Under the pieces are notes generated by a model. The model made no database searches. It was given only the letters and a program-made list of their open reading frames with translations, and was not told the DNA's origin. From Ligilactobacillus sp. (GTDB lineage Bacteria; Bacillota; Bacilli; Lactobacillales; Lactobacillaceae), in NCBI RefSeq assembly GCF_036846325.1, contig NZ_DAIUCE010000003.1, positions 1 through 54,086 of the forward strand: a stretch of DNA of 54,086 bases. Reading direction: 5' to 3'. The position numbers and the translations under genes are program-made. Each line of letters begins with the position of its first letter. The stretch's first letter is position 1. Below are positions 28,536 to 39,585 of the stretch, piece by piece.

Positions 28536-29204
28536 GTGAAAGGTGCTATTTTTGATTTAGACGGCGTAATTACCGATACGGCCAAATTCCACTTTGCAGC
28601 GTGGAGTCAGCTGGCTTCCGAAAAACTTGGGCTGGAGCTTCCTGCTTCATTTGAAACCGAGCTCAAGGGCATCAGCCGAATCGAATCTCTGGAACGAATT
28701 CTGGATTTCGGCGGTCTTCGCGACAAATACACGGCTGAGCAGGTTGAAGAGCTGGCAGCAGAAAAGAACGGCTACTACCTGAAAGCCATCGACACTCTGA
28801 CAAAAGACGACATTCTTCCGGGAATCGCGCGTTTGATAGGAGAATTGAAGGAACATGACGTCAAGCTTTCCGTTGCTTCCGCATCAAGGAATGCTCCGGT
28901 CATTTTGAAGAAACTGGGGTTGTTTGACGAATTTGACGCTATTGCAGATCCTTCGAAGGTCGAACACGGCAAGCCCGCCCCTGATATCTTCCTGGCCGGT
29001 GCAAGTGCAGTTTCCCTGGACCCGAAGGACTGTGTCGGTGTTGAAGATGCCGTTGCCGGAGTCGCCGCAATCAAGGCGGCAAATATGACGGCCGTGGCTG
29101 TTGGTGACCCTGAAGAGCTCAGGCAGGCTGACGTTGTCGTCTCCTCAACGGATGATTTCAGTTACGAACTGTTTGAAAAGACGTGGGAAAAATCGCATAA
29201 TTAA
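28536..29204 (+). CDS. pgmB: Beta-phosphoglucomutase
   Basis: FDLDGVITDTA..H, KPAPDIF, EDAVAG. Confidence 0.93.
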   Translation: MKGAIFDLDGVITDTAKFHFAAWSQLASEKLGLELPASFETELKGISRIESLERILDFGGLRDKYTAEQVEELAAEKNGYYLKAIDTLTKDDILPGIARLIGELKEHDVKLSVASASRNAPVILKKLGLFDEFDAIADPSKVEHGKPAPDIFLAGASAVSLDPKDCVGVEDAVAGVAAIKAANMTAVAVGDPEELRQADVVVSSTDDFSYELFEKTWEKSHN

Positions 29205-29439
29205 AATTGTTTCAGCGGAAATTTTCATTTTTGAAGGTTTCCGCTGCTTTTTTAGTCGTGCATCGCAGTCAAGATGAAAATCTCTGAACTTGTCTGTAAA
29301 CACCTGATGAAACAGGACTTATGCTCATGCTTGAGGATTCATGACATAAGCCGCAGCCGCCGGCACTGCATTTTTAAGTAAATCCATGTCAAAAAGGGCC
29401 GTTCGCATTGCGGAAGGCGGTAGTAATTGTCAAAACAAC

Positions 29440-29468
29440 TTGAGATAACGCTTTCAAAAAACTATAAT
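29440..29468 (+). promoter_or_regulatory. Promoter with an overlapping cre-like site
   Basis: TTGAGA-17-TATAAT; AGATAACGCTTTCA at 29443-29456. Confidence 0.6.
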
Positions 29469-29508
29469 GAATATGTAGTTATTTCACTTGAGTTAGGGGG
29501 CATGGTCG

Positions 29509-30366
29509 ATGAGAATGCTGACATTGAATTGTCATTCTCTGTTGAATTATGATTCTGAAAGGCAGATTCAGGAAATAGTCGATCAAATCGTCAGAGAAGA
29601 GATTGACGTCCTGTCGCTGCAGGAAGTAAATCAGTCACAGCTTGCAGATGCAGTTGCTGAAGACGAACTGGAATCATTGGGGTATAAGGAACCAGCGGAA
29701 GAAAGCGCAGTTATCAAGAGTGACAATTTTGCCTGTCGGTTGTCGAGAGCATTGAAAAAAGTGAAGCTTGACTTTAAATGGTCATGGAATCAAGCCTACA
29801 GGGAAGCAGACGGACTTGAGTGGGGAGTTGCGCTTTTTTCGCGTCTTAGTTTGACCAACGTGCACAGCGCTTTGATTTCAAGCAGCGACTTTGCGGACAA
29901 TCTGACCAAAAGGTGCGTTCTGCTGGCGCAACTGGCCGATGAAACGAAAACGGTGGTGGCAGCTGTTCATTTTAACGGTGAGAATTCGTCGGAATTTCGC
30001 TATGAGTGGGGTAATTTGATGGAAACGATTGTAGAGCTGGGACTGAGTAGTCACCCCGTGTATCTGCTCGGAAACTTCAATGTTGACGCAGAAGTTGATA
30101 CTGGAAGCTATACGCTGATGTGTCAGGAATTTGACGATACATACTGTTCTGCAATTTCAAAGGGCGACGGCATGACCGTCCGCGGAAGACTTGACGGATG
30201 GGATGACAGCGGAATTTCCGAGCGGCTGGACTATATTCTGACGAATGCGCAAAATGAAGTGTCCTACAGCCGCGTTTGCTTTGACGGAAACATCGGTCCG
30301 CGCATCTCAAATCATGCAGGGGTTTTGATTGAGGTTTCAGATGATTCCGAAACGTGCTCTGCATGA
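29509..30366 (+). CDS. Endonuclease/exonuclease/phosphatase-family protein, MapP (maltose-6'-phosphate phosphatase)-like
   Basis: LTLNCHS, LQEVNQ, GNFN, RLDYI, SNH; maltose locus context. Confidence 0.8.
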   Translation: MRMLTLNCHSLLNYDSERQIQEIVDQIVREEIDVLSLQEVNQSQLADAVAEDELESLGYKEPAEESAVIKSDNFACRLSRALKKVKLDFKWSWNQAYREADGLEWGVALFSRLSLTNVHSALISSSDFADNLTKRCVLLAQLADETKTVVAAVHFNGENSSEFRYEWGNLMETIVELGLSSHPVYLLGNFNVDAEVDTGSYTLMCQEFDDTYCSAISKGDGMTVRGRLDGWDDSGISERLDYILTNAQNEVSYSRVCFDGNIGPRISNHAGVLIEVSDDSETCSA

Positions 30367-30413
30367 TCAAAATCTGTTATAATTCAGGTGTGAACAGATT
30401 GGAGTGATTAATT

Positions 30414-30989
30414 ATGACAAAGAAAGCAGCGGTGATTCTGGCACCGGGTTGTGAGGAAATCGAGGCTTTGTCAGTAGTTGACGTTTTGCGTCGTCTGAAT
30501 GTCAAGTGTGATATGGTTGGTTTGTTTGACACGAAAGTCGACGGCGATCACGGAATTCTTCTGACGTGCGACAGGACGGTCGATGAAAGTCTGCTTGACT
30601 ATGACCTCGTGGCTTTTCCGGGCGGACTTGAAGGAGCAAGGAATCTGCGTGATTCGGAAAGCCTCGCAGAGCTGATGGTCAGAAGGCAGAAGGACGGTAA
30701 ATGGAATGCGGCAATGTGTGCTGCTCCGATGGCATTTGCCAGATATGGTCTGCTTGACGGTGCAGAATACACGATGTATCCGGGCATGAATGATGACATC
30801 AGTTCTGAAGTTGACAATGGTTCGTTTAAGGAAGACATCGTCGTCATTGATGAGGAAAGGCATCTTGTGACGAGCCGCGGACCGGCAACCGCATTGGCAT
30901 ACGCATATGCGATTGCGGAGGTTTTAGGGATTGACACGAAGGAAATCAGGCATGGAATGTTGTACGATTTGCTGCTTGAAGACAATTAA
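30414..30989 (+). CDS. DJ-1/PfpI (YajL-like) protein
   Basis: GCEEIEA, FPGG, AMCAAP, TSRGPAT. Confidence 0.92.
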   Translation: MTKKAAVILAPGCEEIEALSVVDVLRRLNVKCDMVGLFDTKVDGDHGILLTCDRTVDESLLDYDLVAFPGGLEGARNLRDSESLAELMVRRQKDGKWNAAMCAAPMAFARYGLLDGAEYTMYPGMNDDISSEVDNGSFKEDIVVIDEERHLVTSRGPATALAYAYAIAEVLGIDTKEIRHGMLYDLLLEDN

Positions 30990-31005
30990 CGATTAGCCGA
31001 AATAC

Positions 31006-31041
31006 AAAATTAGCCGGGAAAATGCTTCCCGGCTAATTTTG
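31006..31041. terminator. Bidirectional terminator
   Basis: aaaattagccgggaa / ttcccggctaatttt. Confidence 0.8.
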
Positions 31042-31242
31042 TTAGTGCTTCTTCAAAAGCTTCAAGGCTGTGATGACTCCTGAGACGATGGCAATCACGA
31101 AGAGAATTTCACCGATGATGACAGTGAAGAAACCGGGTTCGTGAAGCATTCCGTATTCATCAACGTAGGAGGACAGGTTGCCGATGAAGGGAATGGCAAA
31201 ACTCAAGCCCAGAAGAAGAAGCGGAAATCTGAAACTTTTCAT
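31042..31242 (-). CDS. Small two-TM membrane protein, DUF3955-like
   Basis: SYVDEYGMLHEPGFF between two hydrophobic helices. Confidence 0.75.
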   Translation of the reverse strand: MKSFRFPLLLLGLSFAIPFIGNLSSYVDEYGMLHEPGFFTVIIGEILFVIAIVSGVITALKLLKKH

Positions 31243-31298
31243 GCTTCGATTTTAACAGGAATTTGTTTCCTATTGGTTAAAAACAGGTTAAGAAAAAG

Positions 31299-31337
31299 TA
31301 AAGCAAGACCGAATAGACATTCGGTCTTGCTTTTTTT
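31299..31337 (-). terminator. Terminator after the MCP gene
   Basis: aaagcaagaccgaat / attcggtcttgcttt. Confidence 0.75.
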
Positions 31338-31356
31338 GATATTAAGTTTATAAAAT

Positions 31357-33426
31357 TCAGACTGTGAATCGATTTGCCTGTTCGTCCAGCTGCTCGGCGA
31401 TTTGCTGCAGATCAGCCACATGTTGCGTAAACTCGTCCATCGTTGCCAGAACTTCTTCAGAATTTGCAGAAACTTCCTCTGTTCCGGCGGCGTTTTCCTG
31501 CGTTGAAGCAGAGATGCTTTCAAGACCTTCAAGAACCTTGGCCTGCACTTCTTCAATTTTCGTCGAAGCTTCGGCAACGCCGGAAACTCTTTCTGCCATG
31601 TCCTGATTGCGCTTGTAGACGTCCATCGTTGACTTGATGGCGTCCTGAATCAGTTTGGACTGCTTCTGACCGCCTTCAACGGAACTGTTCGTCTTGTCGA
31701 CCATGGCAGTCGACTGCTGCTTGATGTTGTCGATGATGCCTTCGATTTCCTTGGTTGAGGCAGCGCTTTGTTCAGCAAGCTTGCGGATTTCAGCTGCAAC
31801 GACTGAGAAGCCCTTGCCTGCTTCGCCAGCGCTGGCAGCTTCAATCGAGGCATTCAAGGCAAGCAGGTTCGTCTGACGCGAAATTTCGTTGATGACATTG
31901 ATGATCTTGGTGATGTCCTGAATGTCGGCATTCATGTTCTGCACGCTTTGGGACAGGGCCTTCATGTCTTCAAGCTCGTCACTCCAGTTACTGTTGACCT
32001 TGTCCATCGTGTTCATGTTGTCCTGATTGATTTTAGCCGATTCAACGGATTCCGAGTTCATCTGCTGAACGCTTTCGTTCAATTCGTCGATGACCTTTGA
32101 AAGTTCTTCAAGCTTGGTCACACTGTCCTGAGTTTCCTGAGCCTGCGAACTCGTCACGTCGGCAATGCCCGTAATCGTTTGTGCGACTTCGTCAACGGCG
32201 CGGTCGGTCTGTTTTGAAAGATCGAGCAGTGAAGTCGACATTTCATCGACTTTGGCTGAATTTTTCTGAACATGTCCGATTAGTTCTGCCGTTGCGTCAA
32301 TCATGTGATTGTATTCATATGCAATCTGGTTGAACTCGTGTCCGTCTGGATCGGGACTAACGAGCTTTGCCGCAAGTTTTTTGAGATAAGAATGCTTGAC
32401 GGACGGATCGTATTTTTCAATCTTGTTCAGGTTGCCTGAGGCAGCTTCCTGAATCCGGTTCTTGAAGATATTGATTCCGTCTTTGATCCATTGAACTGAA
32501 GCAATTGTGGTAACCACGATTGCAATGCCGATAATGATGAGAATGAAGGCTGTATTTCTCAACAGGACAGTCTGTTCTGTCTTGAAATCATATCTTCCGA
32601 CTTTGGCAAACGTCCATGTCACACTTGAGCTGCTGCCCTTGTCGAAATAAATGTCCTGTGTTTTTGCCTCTCCCTTGATATGTATCGTTCCCCGGCGTTT
32701 TCCGGAATTTGAAATGGCCTTGAATTCGGGAGTTTGAGAGATGTCCTTGCCTACCTTGTAAACCGTGCCGGAGTTCTTGTCACCCGTTGAATTGATAACG
32801 TTACCCTTGTTTGAGACGAGCGTGAGACTGCCGGTTCTTCCGACTTTCATGTCGGCAAACTCATTTATGATGTCATTGTAGGAAACATTGATACAGATTA
32901 CTCCGGAATCGCCTTTCCTGTTTCTGACGACGGTTGAGGCAGTTGTCAGCCACTGTCCCGTTGCTGCAAGGTAATGCGGAGTTGTCCAGTAAATCTGGCC
33001 TTCTCTCTGGACTGCACCCTTGTACCAGTCCTTTGTTCTCAGATCGGCCGTATCCTTGATGCCCTGGGTGCTTGTGAACTTACCCTTGCTGTTGATGAAA
33101 ATTGCGTTCGTGTATTCATTGTTTCCTGAAATGGCAAGGTTCAGTTCGCGCTTAATCTGGTTGAAATCAAAATCGTTTTCAAAAGTCGGCTGACTGGAAA
33201 TACCGGTCAGCTTTTCATTTGTCGTTTTGTTCAATTTGGTTCTGGCCTTTTGCAGAGTTGCGACTGCGCTTTGCTTTGAAAGCTCATTTCGTTCCTGCAG
33301 CATGTCAATATTGCTCATGTAGGAAGTAATTGACATAATAATGATCGGGATGAATCCGAGAATCATGAGCATGACCATAATCGGTCTGCTGATGCTTTTA
33401 CCCCGTGTCCTGTTTTTATTTTCCAC
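31357..33426 (-). CDS. Methyl-accepting chemotaxis protein with a dCache-type sensor
   Basis: Two TMs; WYKGAV Cache motif; [30 protein letters not shown] start after GGAGG. Confidence 0.93.
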   Translation of the reverse strand: MENKNRTRGKSISRPIMVMLMILGFIPIIIMSITSYMSNIDMLQERNELSKQSAVATLQKARTKLNKTTNEKLTGISSQPTFENDFDFNQIKRELNLAISGNNEYTNAIFINSKGKFTSTQGIKDTADLRTKDWYKGAVQREGQIYWTTPHYLAATGQWLTTASTVVRNRKGDSGVICINVSYNDIINEFADMKVGRTGSLTLVSNKGNVINSTGDKNSGTVYKVGKDISQTPEFKAISNSGKRRGTIHIKGEAKTQDIYFDKGSSSSVTWTFAKVGRYDFKTEQTVLLRNTAFILIIIGIAIVVTTIASVQWIKDGINIFKNRIQEAASGNLNKIEKYDPSVKHSYLKKLAAKLVSPDPDGHEFNQIAYEYNHMIDATAELIGHVQKNSAKVDEMSTSLLDLSKQTDRAVDEVAQTITGIADVTSSQAQETQDSVTKLEELSKVIDELNESVQQMNSESVESAKINQDNMNTMDKVNSNWSDELEDMKALSQSVQNMNADIQDITKIINVINEISRQTNLLALNASIEAASAGEAGKGFSVVAAEIRKLAEQSAASTKEIEGIIDNIKQQSTAMVDKTNSSVEGGQKQSKLIQDAIKSTMDVYKRNQDMAERVSGVAEASTKIEEVQAKVLEGLESISASTQENAAGTEEVSANSEEVLATMDEFTQHVADLQQIAEQLDEQANRFTV

Positions 33427-33604
33427 CTTCGTAACCTCCAGTAATGTCTGATAAAAAACGTACAACATGAAAATTATACAAAAACAACATGATGGAAATG
33501 TATATTTTCTTAAAATAAAAAAAGAAAACCAATCATCAAATTAAGGCATTTTTGATGATTGGTTTTAATAATTGTGACTATAGTTTCAAAAAACGTTTTA
33601 TTAT

Positions 33605-34570
33605 TTAATAATTTGAATTCTGACTGTTTGTGACGGCCTTGAAATGCGTATAAACATACAATCCGTCATCGGTGGAACCCTTGATGTCAGTGATTTTCTT
33701 GCCGTCAATCAGCTTCAGTGCGGTTTCGATGCACTTTTCACCCTGAATTTTTGTCGGCTGGGCAGCAGTCAGGCCCATTTCACCTGAACTGATTCTGGCT
33801 TTTCCTTCGGCCGATGCATCCACTCCGCAGACAATCGGGAGTTTCCTGCCCGCCTTCTTGAAGGCCTTGATTGCTCCGACCGCCATATTGTCATTGTTTG
33901 ATGCGATGACGTCGCACGGCTGTCCGGTCTTAAGGAACAGTTCCATCTGATGTTCAGCCGTGTCTTCTTCCCAGTCCGCATAGTCATTGAAGACGTAATT
34001 GACGCTTCGTCCGGCCTTTTCAAGAGTTTCCTTGAAGGCTTCGGTTCGTTTTTCAGAAACAAGTCCGCTTTGACCTTTCAGGACGACAACGTTCAGTGTC
34101 TGTTTGTCAGTATGCTTTAAAACGTAATTTGCCTGAAGACGTCCGGCCATTTCTTCTTCCGGTCCGACGTAGACGTCCTGGTTTTCCTTCAGGACGCTTT
34201 CTGACGGTTGAAAGTTGTAGAAGACGACGGGAATTTTCCCGGCAAGTGCAATCATTTCCTGGGCATTGTCGGCATCAACCGGTCTGATCATGACGGCATC
34301 GTAGTGATTTCTGACAGCTTTCTTCAACTGTCTGATCTGTTTTTCACTGTTCTGATCAGAATTATAGACGTCAACCGTAACCCCTTTTTCGGCGCCTGCG
34401 TCCTTGATGGACGAAATCAGGTTTCTGATCAGTCCGTCGTCATTGGTGTGAATCAAAACGGCAATGCGCTTACCGTTGCCGCTGTCACTGTCTGACCTGC
34501 TGCCGCATCCGGCCGTAAGGAACACCATGCAGGCCAGCGCCATTAACACCTTGAAAAATTTCTTGAACAT
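33605..34570 (-). CDS. Sugar-binding lipoprotein (RbsB/MglB-like PBP type I)
   Basis: Lipobox LTAGC; IPVVFYN, SNNDNMAVGA, VCGVDA. Confidence 0.88.
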   Translation of the reverse strand: MFKKFFKVLMALACMVFLTAGCGSRSDSDSGNGKRIAVLIHTNDDGLIRNLISSIKDAGAEKGVTVDVYNSDQNSEKQIRQLKKAVRNHYDAVMIRPVDADNAQEMIALAGKIPVVFYNFQPSESVLKENQDVYVGPEEEMAGRLQANYVLKHTDKQTLNVVVLKGQSGLVSEKRTEAFKETLEKAGRSVNYVFNDYADWEEDTAEHQMELFLKTGQPCDVIASNNDNMAVGAIKAFKKAGRKLPIVCGVDASAEGKARISSGEMGLTAAQPTKIQGEKCIETALKLIDGKKITDIKGSTDDGLYVYTHFKAVTNSQNSNY

Positions 34571-34590
34571 GCTTAACTCCTCCTGTTTGC

Positions 34591-36579
34591 TTAGACCTTG
34601 AAGCGCTTGACCTGATCGGCAAGTTCCTCTGAAGTGGCGGCCAGATGCCTGGACTCTTCGGCAAGAACCGTGCTGTTTTCGGAAATGTTCCTGGCCTGTG
34701 AAAGCGTCGTTTCCGAAGTGGCATGAATTTCGTCTGAACTTGCGGCCTGCTCTTCCGAAATGGCAGCAACGTTTGTCGCAACCTGGTCAACGCTGTCGAT
34801 TTCCTCGACGACCTTCGAGATGACGTCGCTTGTTTCCTGGATGTTATGGTAGATTGTGTCGAAGCTTTCAACGGCCGTATTGATTAAAACGGCACTGGAG
34901 TTGATGTCCTTGACGCTTGATCCGGCCTGCTGAACCGTATTGTCGACAAGTCCGTTGACCTGATCGATCAGGTCTGAAATCTGCGAAACAGATTCGGCAC
35001 TGCTCTTGGCAAGATTATTGATTTCAGTTGCCACAACCGCAAAGCCCTTGCCTGCTTCTCCGGCACGTGCCGCCTCAAGCGATGCATTCAGCGAAAGGAG
35101 ATTTGTCTGATGGGCAATTTCGCCGATGATTTTCACGATATTGACGATTTCACCCGAAGCCTTGCCGACCGAATTGATGGAATCCTGGAGAGTCGTAACT
35201 GAGGATTGAATGTTTTCGAGCGCCGTAACGACCTGCTTCATGTCCTCCCGTCCCTTATTTGAAACTTCGACCGTATCGTTCATCTTGTTTCTGGCATGAT
35301 CGCCGTTGTCCTTGGTGTCGGTGACGACTTCTGCCAGCTGACTTGCGTTTTCGGCAATGTCATTGACGGAAATTGCAAGTTGATCGACCGTCATGTTGAG
35401 TTCGTTCATTGATTTTGACTGAGTGTCTGATGCGGAACTCATTTCATTTGCAACGCGCTCGCTGTCAAGCGCCTGTTCCTCGAGATTGCGTGAAATGCCT
35501 GTGATTGATTTGATCATCTGACGCATGTAGGTGATGAATTCGGAAACGCTACGGCCCATTTCGGCAATTTCGTCGTTGCCCTTCGTCTTGACGGAAACGG
35601 TGAAGTCACCGCCGGCCATTGCCGTGATGACCTTCGTCATTTCCTTGACAGGCCTGATTGTGACATGCGTTACGCGTTCAACGACAATGCACATGATCAG
35701 AAGGGCAATGAGACTGACGATTGCCATGATGATTCTCAGTTTTGAAAGGTCAGCTAAAACAATGCCTGACGGAATATATGAAACCAAGATCCAGTCGGTT
35801 CCGTCAATCTGGGAAAATGCAGTGAAGTTTTCTCCGAGCTCCTGGGTGGAGTAGTCGCTTTTCTTGATTTCCCTTCTGGCCTGTGCGTAAATCTCAGGCT
35901 GGTCTGACGAGCCGAGTCTTTCTGAAACATAGCCTGAATTGCGATCAGCCATGATCTGCATCGTATCCTTGTTGACGAGAAAAGCTTTGGCACCTTCCAT
36001 CGAAATGCTTGAATTGACAATGGTTGAAATGCGGTCAAGGCTGAAGTCAGCGGCAATGACACGGACATTCCTGCCGTTGTCGTCAAGCATCCCCGTTGCG
36101 CTGATGACCTTGCTTCCGTCTTCATTCGTGTACGGGTCGCCGAATGCCATGTTGACGTGAGTCAGACCTTCCTTGAACCAGGTCGAGTTCAGGGGATTGC
36201 TGATGGCCTTGTCTGACTTTTCCGCCTTGATGACCTTGCCCTTCTGGTCTGCGATGTAAATTCCGTTTTGAGAGTTGGTATTGAAGCCGTAATAGCTGTC
36301 GACCGTCTTCTGGAGGGCCTTGTCGCTTTGATTGGAAGTTTCAATGGCCTTCTTGGCTGAATTGAACGAATTGAGATTTTCCGTCATCCACGCTTCAATA
36401 CTGGAACTTTGCTTGGCAACGGAAGTTTCCAGAAGATCTTCGGCATTCCTCTTGATCATCGAAGCGGAAATGTTGTAGGCAATGACTACCAAAGCAATGA
36501 TCATTAAACCGGTAATTGGAATGATTGCTGACAAGAGCTTTGCCTTGATAGAGAACTTAGTGTTTTTTTTCAAAGACAT
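34591..36579 (-). CDS. Methyl-accepting chemotaxis protein (dCache-HAMP-MA); start could be the TTG at 36573
   Basis: Two TMs; HAMP (GDFTV...NDEIAEM); [27 protein letters not shown]. Confidence 0.93.
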   Translation of the reverse strand: MSLKKNTKFSIKAKLLSAIIPITGLMIIALVVIAYNISASMIKRNAEDLLETSVAKQSSSIEAWMTENLNSFNSAKKAIETSNQSDKALQKTVDSYYGFNTNSQNGIYIADQKGKVIKAEKSDKAISNPLNSTWFKEGLTHVNMAFGDPYTNEDGSKVISATGMLDDNGRNVRVIAADFSLDRISTIVNSSISMEGAKAFLVNKDTMQIMADRNSGYVSERLGSSDQPEIYAQARREIKKSDYSTQELGENFTAFSQIDGTDWILVSYIPSGIVLADLSKLRIIMAIVSLIALLIMCIVVERVTHVTIRPVKEMTKVITAMAGGDFTVSVKTKGNDEIAEMGRSVSEFITYMRQMIKSITGISRNLEEQALDSERVANEMSSASDTQSKSMNELNMTVDQLAISVNDIAENASQLAEVVTDTKDNGDHARNKMNDTVEVSNKGREDMKQVVTALENIQSSVTTLQDSINSVGKASGEIVNIVKIIGEIAHQTNLLSLNASLEAARAGEAGKGFAVVATEINNLAKSSAESVSQISDLIDQVNGLVDNTVQQAGSSVKDINSSAVLINTAVESFDTIYHNIQETSDVISKVVEEIDSVDQVATNVAAISEEQAASSDEIHATSETTLSQARNISENSTVLAEESRHLAATSEELADQVKRFKV

Positions 36580-36836
36580 ATCCTCCATATGTATAAATTT
36601 CTTTAAATGAAATATATGATTCGCTAGTATTAATATCGGAAGAAAGTTTCAAAAATTAACCCTTCAATATACATATGAGATGATAATGAAAGGTATTTTA
36701 GTTTATAATCTTAATTTAATGCGTGATGAAGTCAGTTTTGTAACAATTGTGCATTTTTTGTCTAAATCAAGGCCGGATACTGTATAATTGCAATTGAGCG
36801 TCATCGCTCAATCGTTAAAATCAAGGGGTGGTAATT

Positions 36837-37925
36837 TTGAAGCAGCCAATCATTTCATTCAAGAACGTCATCAAGTGCTATGATGACGACGTACCGGTAT
36901 TGAAGAACGTCAGTTTCGAGATTGAGGAGGGAAAGTTCTACACTCTGCTCGGTCCTTCCGGATGTGGCAAGACAACGATTCTAAGGATGATTGCGGGCTT
37001 TTCAGAGCCGACCGAGGGCGACATTTACTTTGAAGGGAAGAAAATCAACAACGTCCCTGCAAATAAGCGGCAGGTTAATACGGTTTTTCAGGATTATGCA
37101 TTATTTCCGCACATGGACGTGTATGACAATATTGCATTTGGCTTAAGAGTCAGGAAACTTCCGAAAGATCAGATTGATCAAAAGGTCAGGGAAGCATTGA
37201 AGATGGTGCAGCTGGCCGGTTATGAAAAACGCGGGATCAATGAAATGTCAGGCGGTCAGAGACAACGCGTGGCAATCGCAAGGGCAATCGTCAACGAACC
37301 CAAAGTGCTGCTTTTGGATGAGCCGCTGTCTGCCCTGGATCACAAGCTGAGGCTTGACATGCAGTATGAGCTGCGCGAACTTCAGCAGCGCCTGGGAATC
37401 ACGTTTATCTTCGTGACTCACGATCAGGAAGAGGCTCTGGCGATGAGCGACGAGATCTTTGTCCTGAACAACGGCAACATCGTTCAATCCGGAACGCCCG
37501 TTGACATTTACGATGAGCCGATCAATCACTACGTTGCTGACTTCATCGGAGAAAGCAACATCTTGAACGGGACGATGATCAGGGACTGTCTGGTTGAGTT
37601 TGCAGGCAAGCGGTTTGAATGCGTCGACGAGGGGATGAGGGAAAACGAGCCGGTCGAGGTTGTCCTGAGACCCGAGGATCTGGATTTGACGGATGAAGGG
37701 CACGGCAAGCTGAAGGTCAAGGTCGATACGGTCCTCTTCCGCGGCGTTCACTATGAAATCATCTGCTACGATGACGAGGGCAACGAGTGGATGGTTCATA
37801 CAACAAAGAAGGCCGTGCCGGGGACGACGATCGGACTTTACTTTGATCCGGAAGACATTCACGTCATGCGTTTCAACGAATCTGAAGAAGATTTTGACGC
37901 ACGTCTTGAAAGCTATGAGGATTGA
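36837..37925 (+). CDS. potA: Spermidine/putrescine ABC transporter ATPase
   Basis: [23 protein letters not shown]-terminal [13 protein letters not shown]. Confidence 0.93.
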   Translation: MKQPIISFKNVIKCYDDDVPVLKNVSFEIEEGKFYTLLGPSGCGKTTILRMIAGFSEPTEGDIYFEGKKINNVPANKRQVNTVFQDYALFPHMDVYDNIAFGLRVRKLPKDQIDQKVREALKMVQLAGYEKRGINEMSGGQRQRVAIARAIVNEPKVLLLDEPLSALDHKLRLDMQYELRELQQRLGITFIFVTHDQEEALAMSDEIFVLNNGNIVQSGTPVDIYDEPINHYVADFIGESNILNGTMIRDCLVEFAGKRFECVDEGMRENEPVEVVLRPEDLDLTDEGHGKLKVKVDTVLFRGVHYEIICYDDEGNEWMVHTTKKAVPGTTIGLYFDPEDIHVMRFNESEEDFDARLESYED

Positions 37926-37936
37926 GGGGGATTTCG

Positions 37937-38743
37937 ATGAAAAAGTACAATGCCTTTTTTGCGATTCCATATTTTCTATGGCTCGTTTTCTTTGTCCTGG
38001 CTCCTGTCATCCTGATTGTCGGATATTCCTTCCTTGATTCCAACGGTCACTTTACCCTGCAGAACTATGCAACGTATTTTGCGTCCGGCAAGTATCTGGC
38101 CATGACGTTCAACTCAGTCCTGTATGCGTTTTTGATTACTTTGCTCACGCTTGTCATCAGCTATCCGACGGCATATTTTCTGACGAAGTTGAAGCACCGC
38201 GATTTATGGCTGCTGCTGATCATTCTGCCGACATGGATCAATATGCTGCTCAAGGCCTATGCATTCATCGGAATCTTCAGTCTGCACGGCGGGATCAACC
38301 GGTTCATGACGTTCTTCGGACTTGCGCCGCATCAGATTCTGTTTACTGACGTCGGTTTCATGATCGTTGCGATGTATATCCAGCTTCCTTTCATGATCAT
38401 GCCGATTTTCACGGGACTGGAGGAGCTTAATCCGTCACTGATCAAGGCCAGCCGAGACCTTGGTGCAAATGCATTTCAAACATTTACGAAGGTGATTTTC
38501 CCGTTGTCTCTTGCGGGCGTGAAAAGCGGCATCCAGGCTGTCTTCATTCCGTCCCTGTCCTTCTTCATGCTGACGCGTCTGATTGGAGGAAACCGCGTGA
38601 TCACTCTCGGGACTGCGATTGAAGAGCACTTCCTGGTTACGCAGGACTGGGGGATGGGGTCAACGATCGGCGTTGTCCTCATCATCGCAATGTTCATTGT
38701 GATGATTATCACCGGTGAAAAGAAGAAGGGGGGCAGAAACTGA
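37937..38743 (+). CDS. potB: Spermidine/putrescine ABC permease
   Basis: ILPTWINMLLKAYA; EAA-like loop KASRDLGA. Confidence 0.92.
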   Translation: MKKYNAFFAIPYFLWLVFFVLAPVILIVGYSFLDSNGHFTLQNYATYFASGKYLAMTFNSVLYAFLITLLTLVISYPTAYFLTKLKHRDLWLLLIILPTWINMLLKAYAFIGIFSLHGGINRFMTFFGLAPHQILFTDVGFMIVAMYIQLPFMIMPIFTGLEELNPSLIKASRDLGANAFQTFTKVIFPLSLAGVKSGIQAVFIPSLSFFMLTRLIGGNRVITLGTAIEEHFLVTQDWGMGSTIGVVLIIAMFIVMIITGEKKKGGRN

Positions 38744-39585
38744 TGGAAAAAAAGCATAATTTCAGCTGGGACAAGCTGTATCTTGCTGTCGTGTTTGTTT
38801 TCCTGTATGTTCCGATTGTTTATTTGCTGGCGTATTCATTCAATAAAGGTGACACGATGAATTCCTTTACCGGATTTTCCATGCGCCATTTTGCCGAGCT
38901 CTTCTCGGACACACGTCTGATCGTGATTTTGCTTGAGACGTTCATGCTGGCCTTTTTGTCGGCGCTGATCGCAACGGCCATCGGTACGTTCGGGGCGCTT
39001 TCGATCTATTACGTCAGGAAACGCCGGCAGAGAATGGCACTGTTGTCCTTGAACAACATTCTGATGGTTTCGCCTGACGTCATCATCGGTGCCAGCTTCC
39101 TGATTCTGTTTACGACAATCGGATCGCTTGTCGGAGGAATCGGGCTCGGATTCTGGACGGTGCTCCTGTCGCACGTCGCATTCAGCATCCCGATCGTTGT
39201 CCTGATGGTTCTGCCCAAGCTTCAGGAAATGAACGGGTCGATGGTTTCTGCTGCATATGATCTTGGCGCAAATAACTTTCAGGTTTTAAAGGATATTATC
39301 CTGCCTTTTTTGACGCCGGGAATCATTGCCGGGTATTTCATGGCATTCACGTATTCACTGGATGATTTTGCCGTCACGTTCTTTGTGACGGGAAACGGGT
39401 TTACGACTCTGGCCGTTGAAATCTACTCCAGAGCCCGGCGCGGCGTGAGTCTTGAGATAAATGCACTCAGTACGCTTGTTTTCCTGTTTGCGCTTGTCCT
39501 GGTGGTCGGATATTACTACATCAGCAAGGACAACGAGTCTAAAAGGAAGAGCGGAAGACGTCAGAAGGGCGGTGTGATGCGATGA
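38743..39585 (+). CDS. potC: Spermidine/putrescine ABC permease
   Basis: AFTYSLDDFAVTFF, EINALST. Confidence 0.92.
   Translation: MEKKHNFSWDKLYLAVVFVFLYVPIVYLLAYSFNKGDTMNSFTGFSMRHFAELFSDTRLIVILLETFMLAFLSALIATAIGTFGALSIYYVRKRRQRMALLSLNNILMVSPDVIIGASFLILFTTIGSLVGGIGLGFWTVLLSHVAFSIPIVVLMVLPKLQEMNGSMVSAAYDLGANNFQVLKDIILPFLTPGIIAGYFMAFTYSLDDFAVTFFVTGNGFTTLAVEIYSRARRGVSLEINALSTLVFLFALVLVVGYYYISKDNESKRKSGRRQKGGVMR

Noticed and set aside
37248..37970. Long antisense ORFs (240 aa opposite potA; also 47800-48420, 48536-49120, 9793-10341)
   Set aside because: Shadow frames of well-supported genes, with no motifs or SD.
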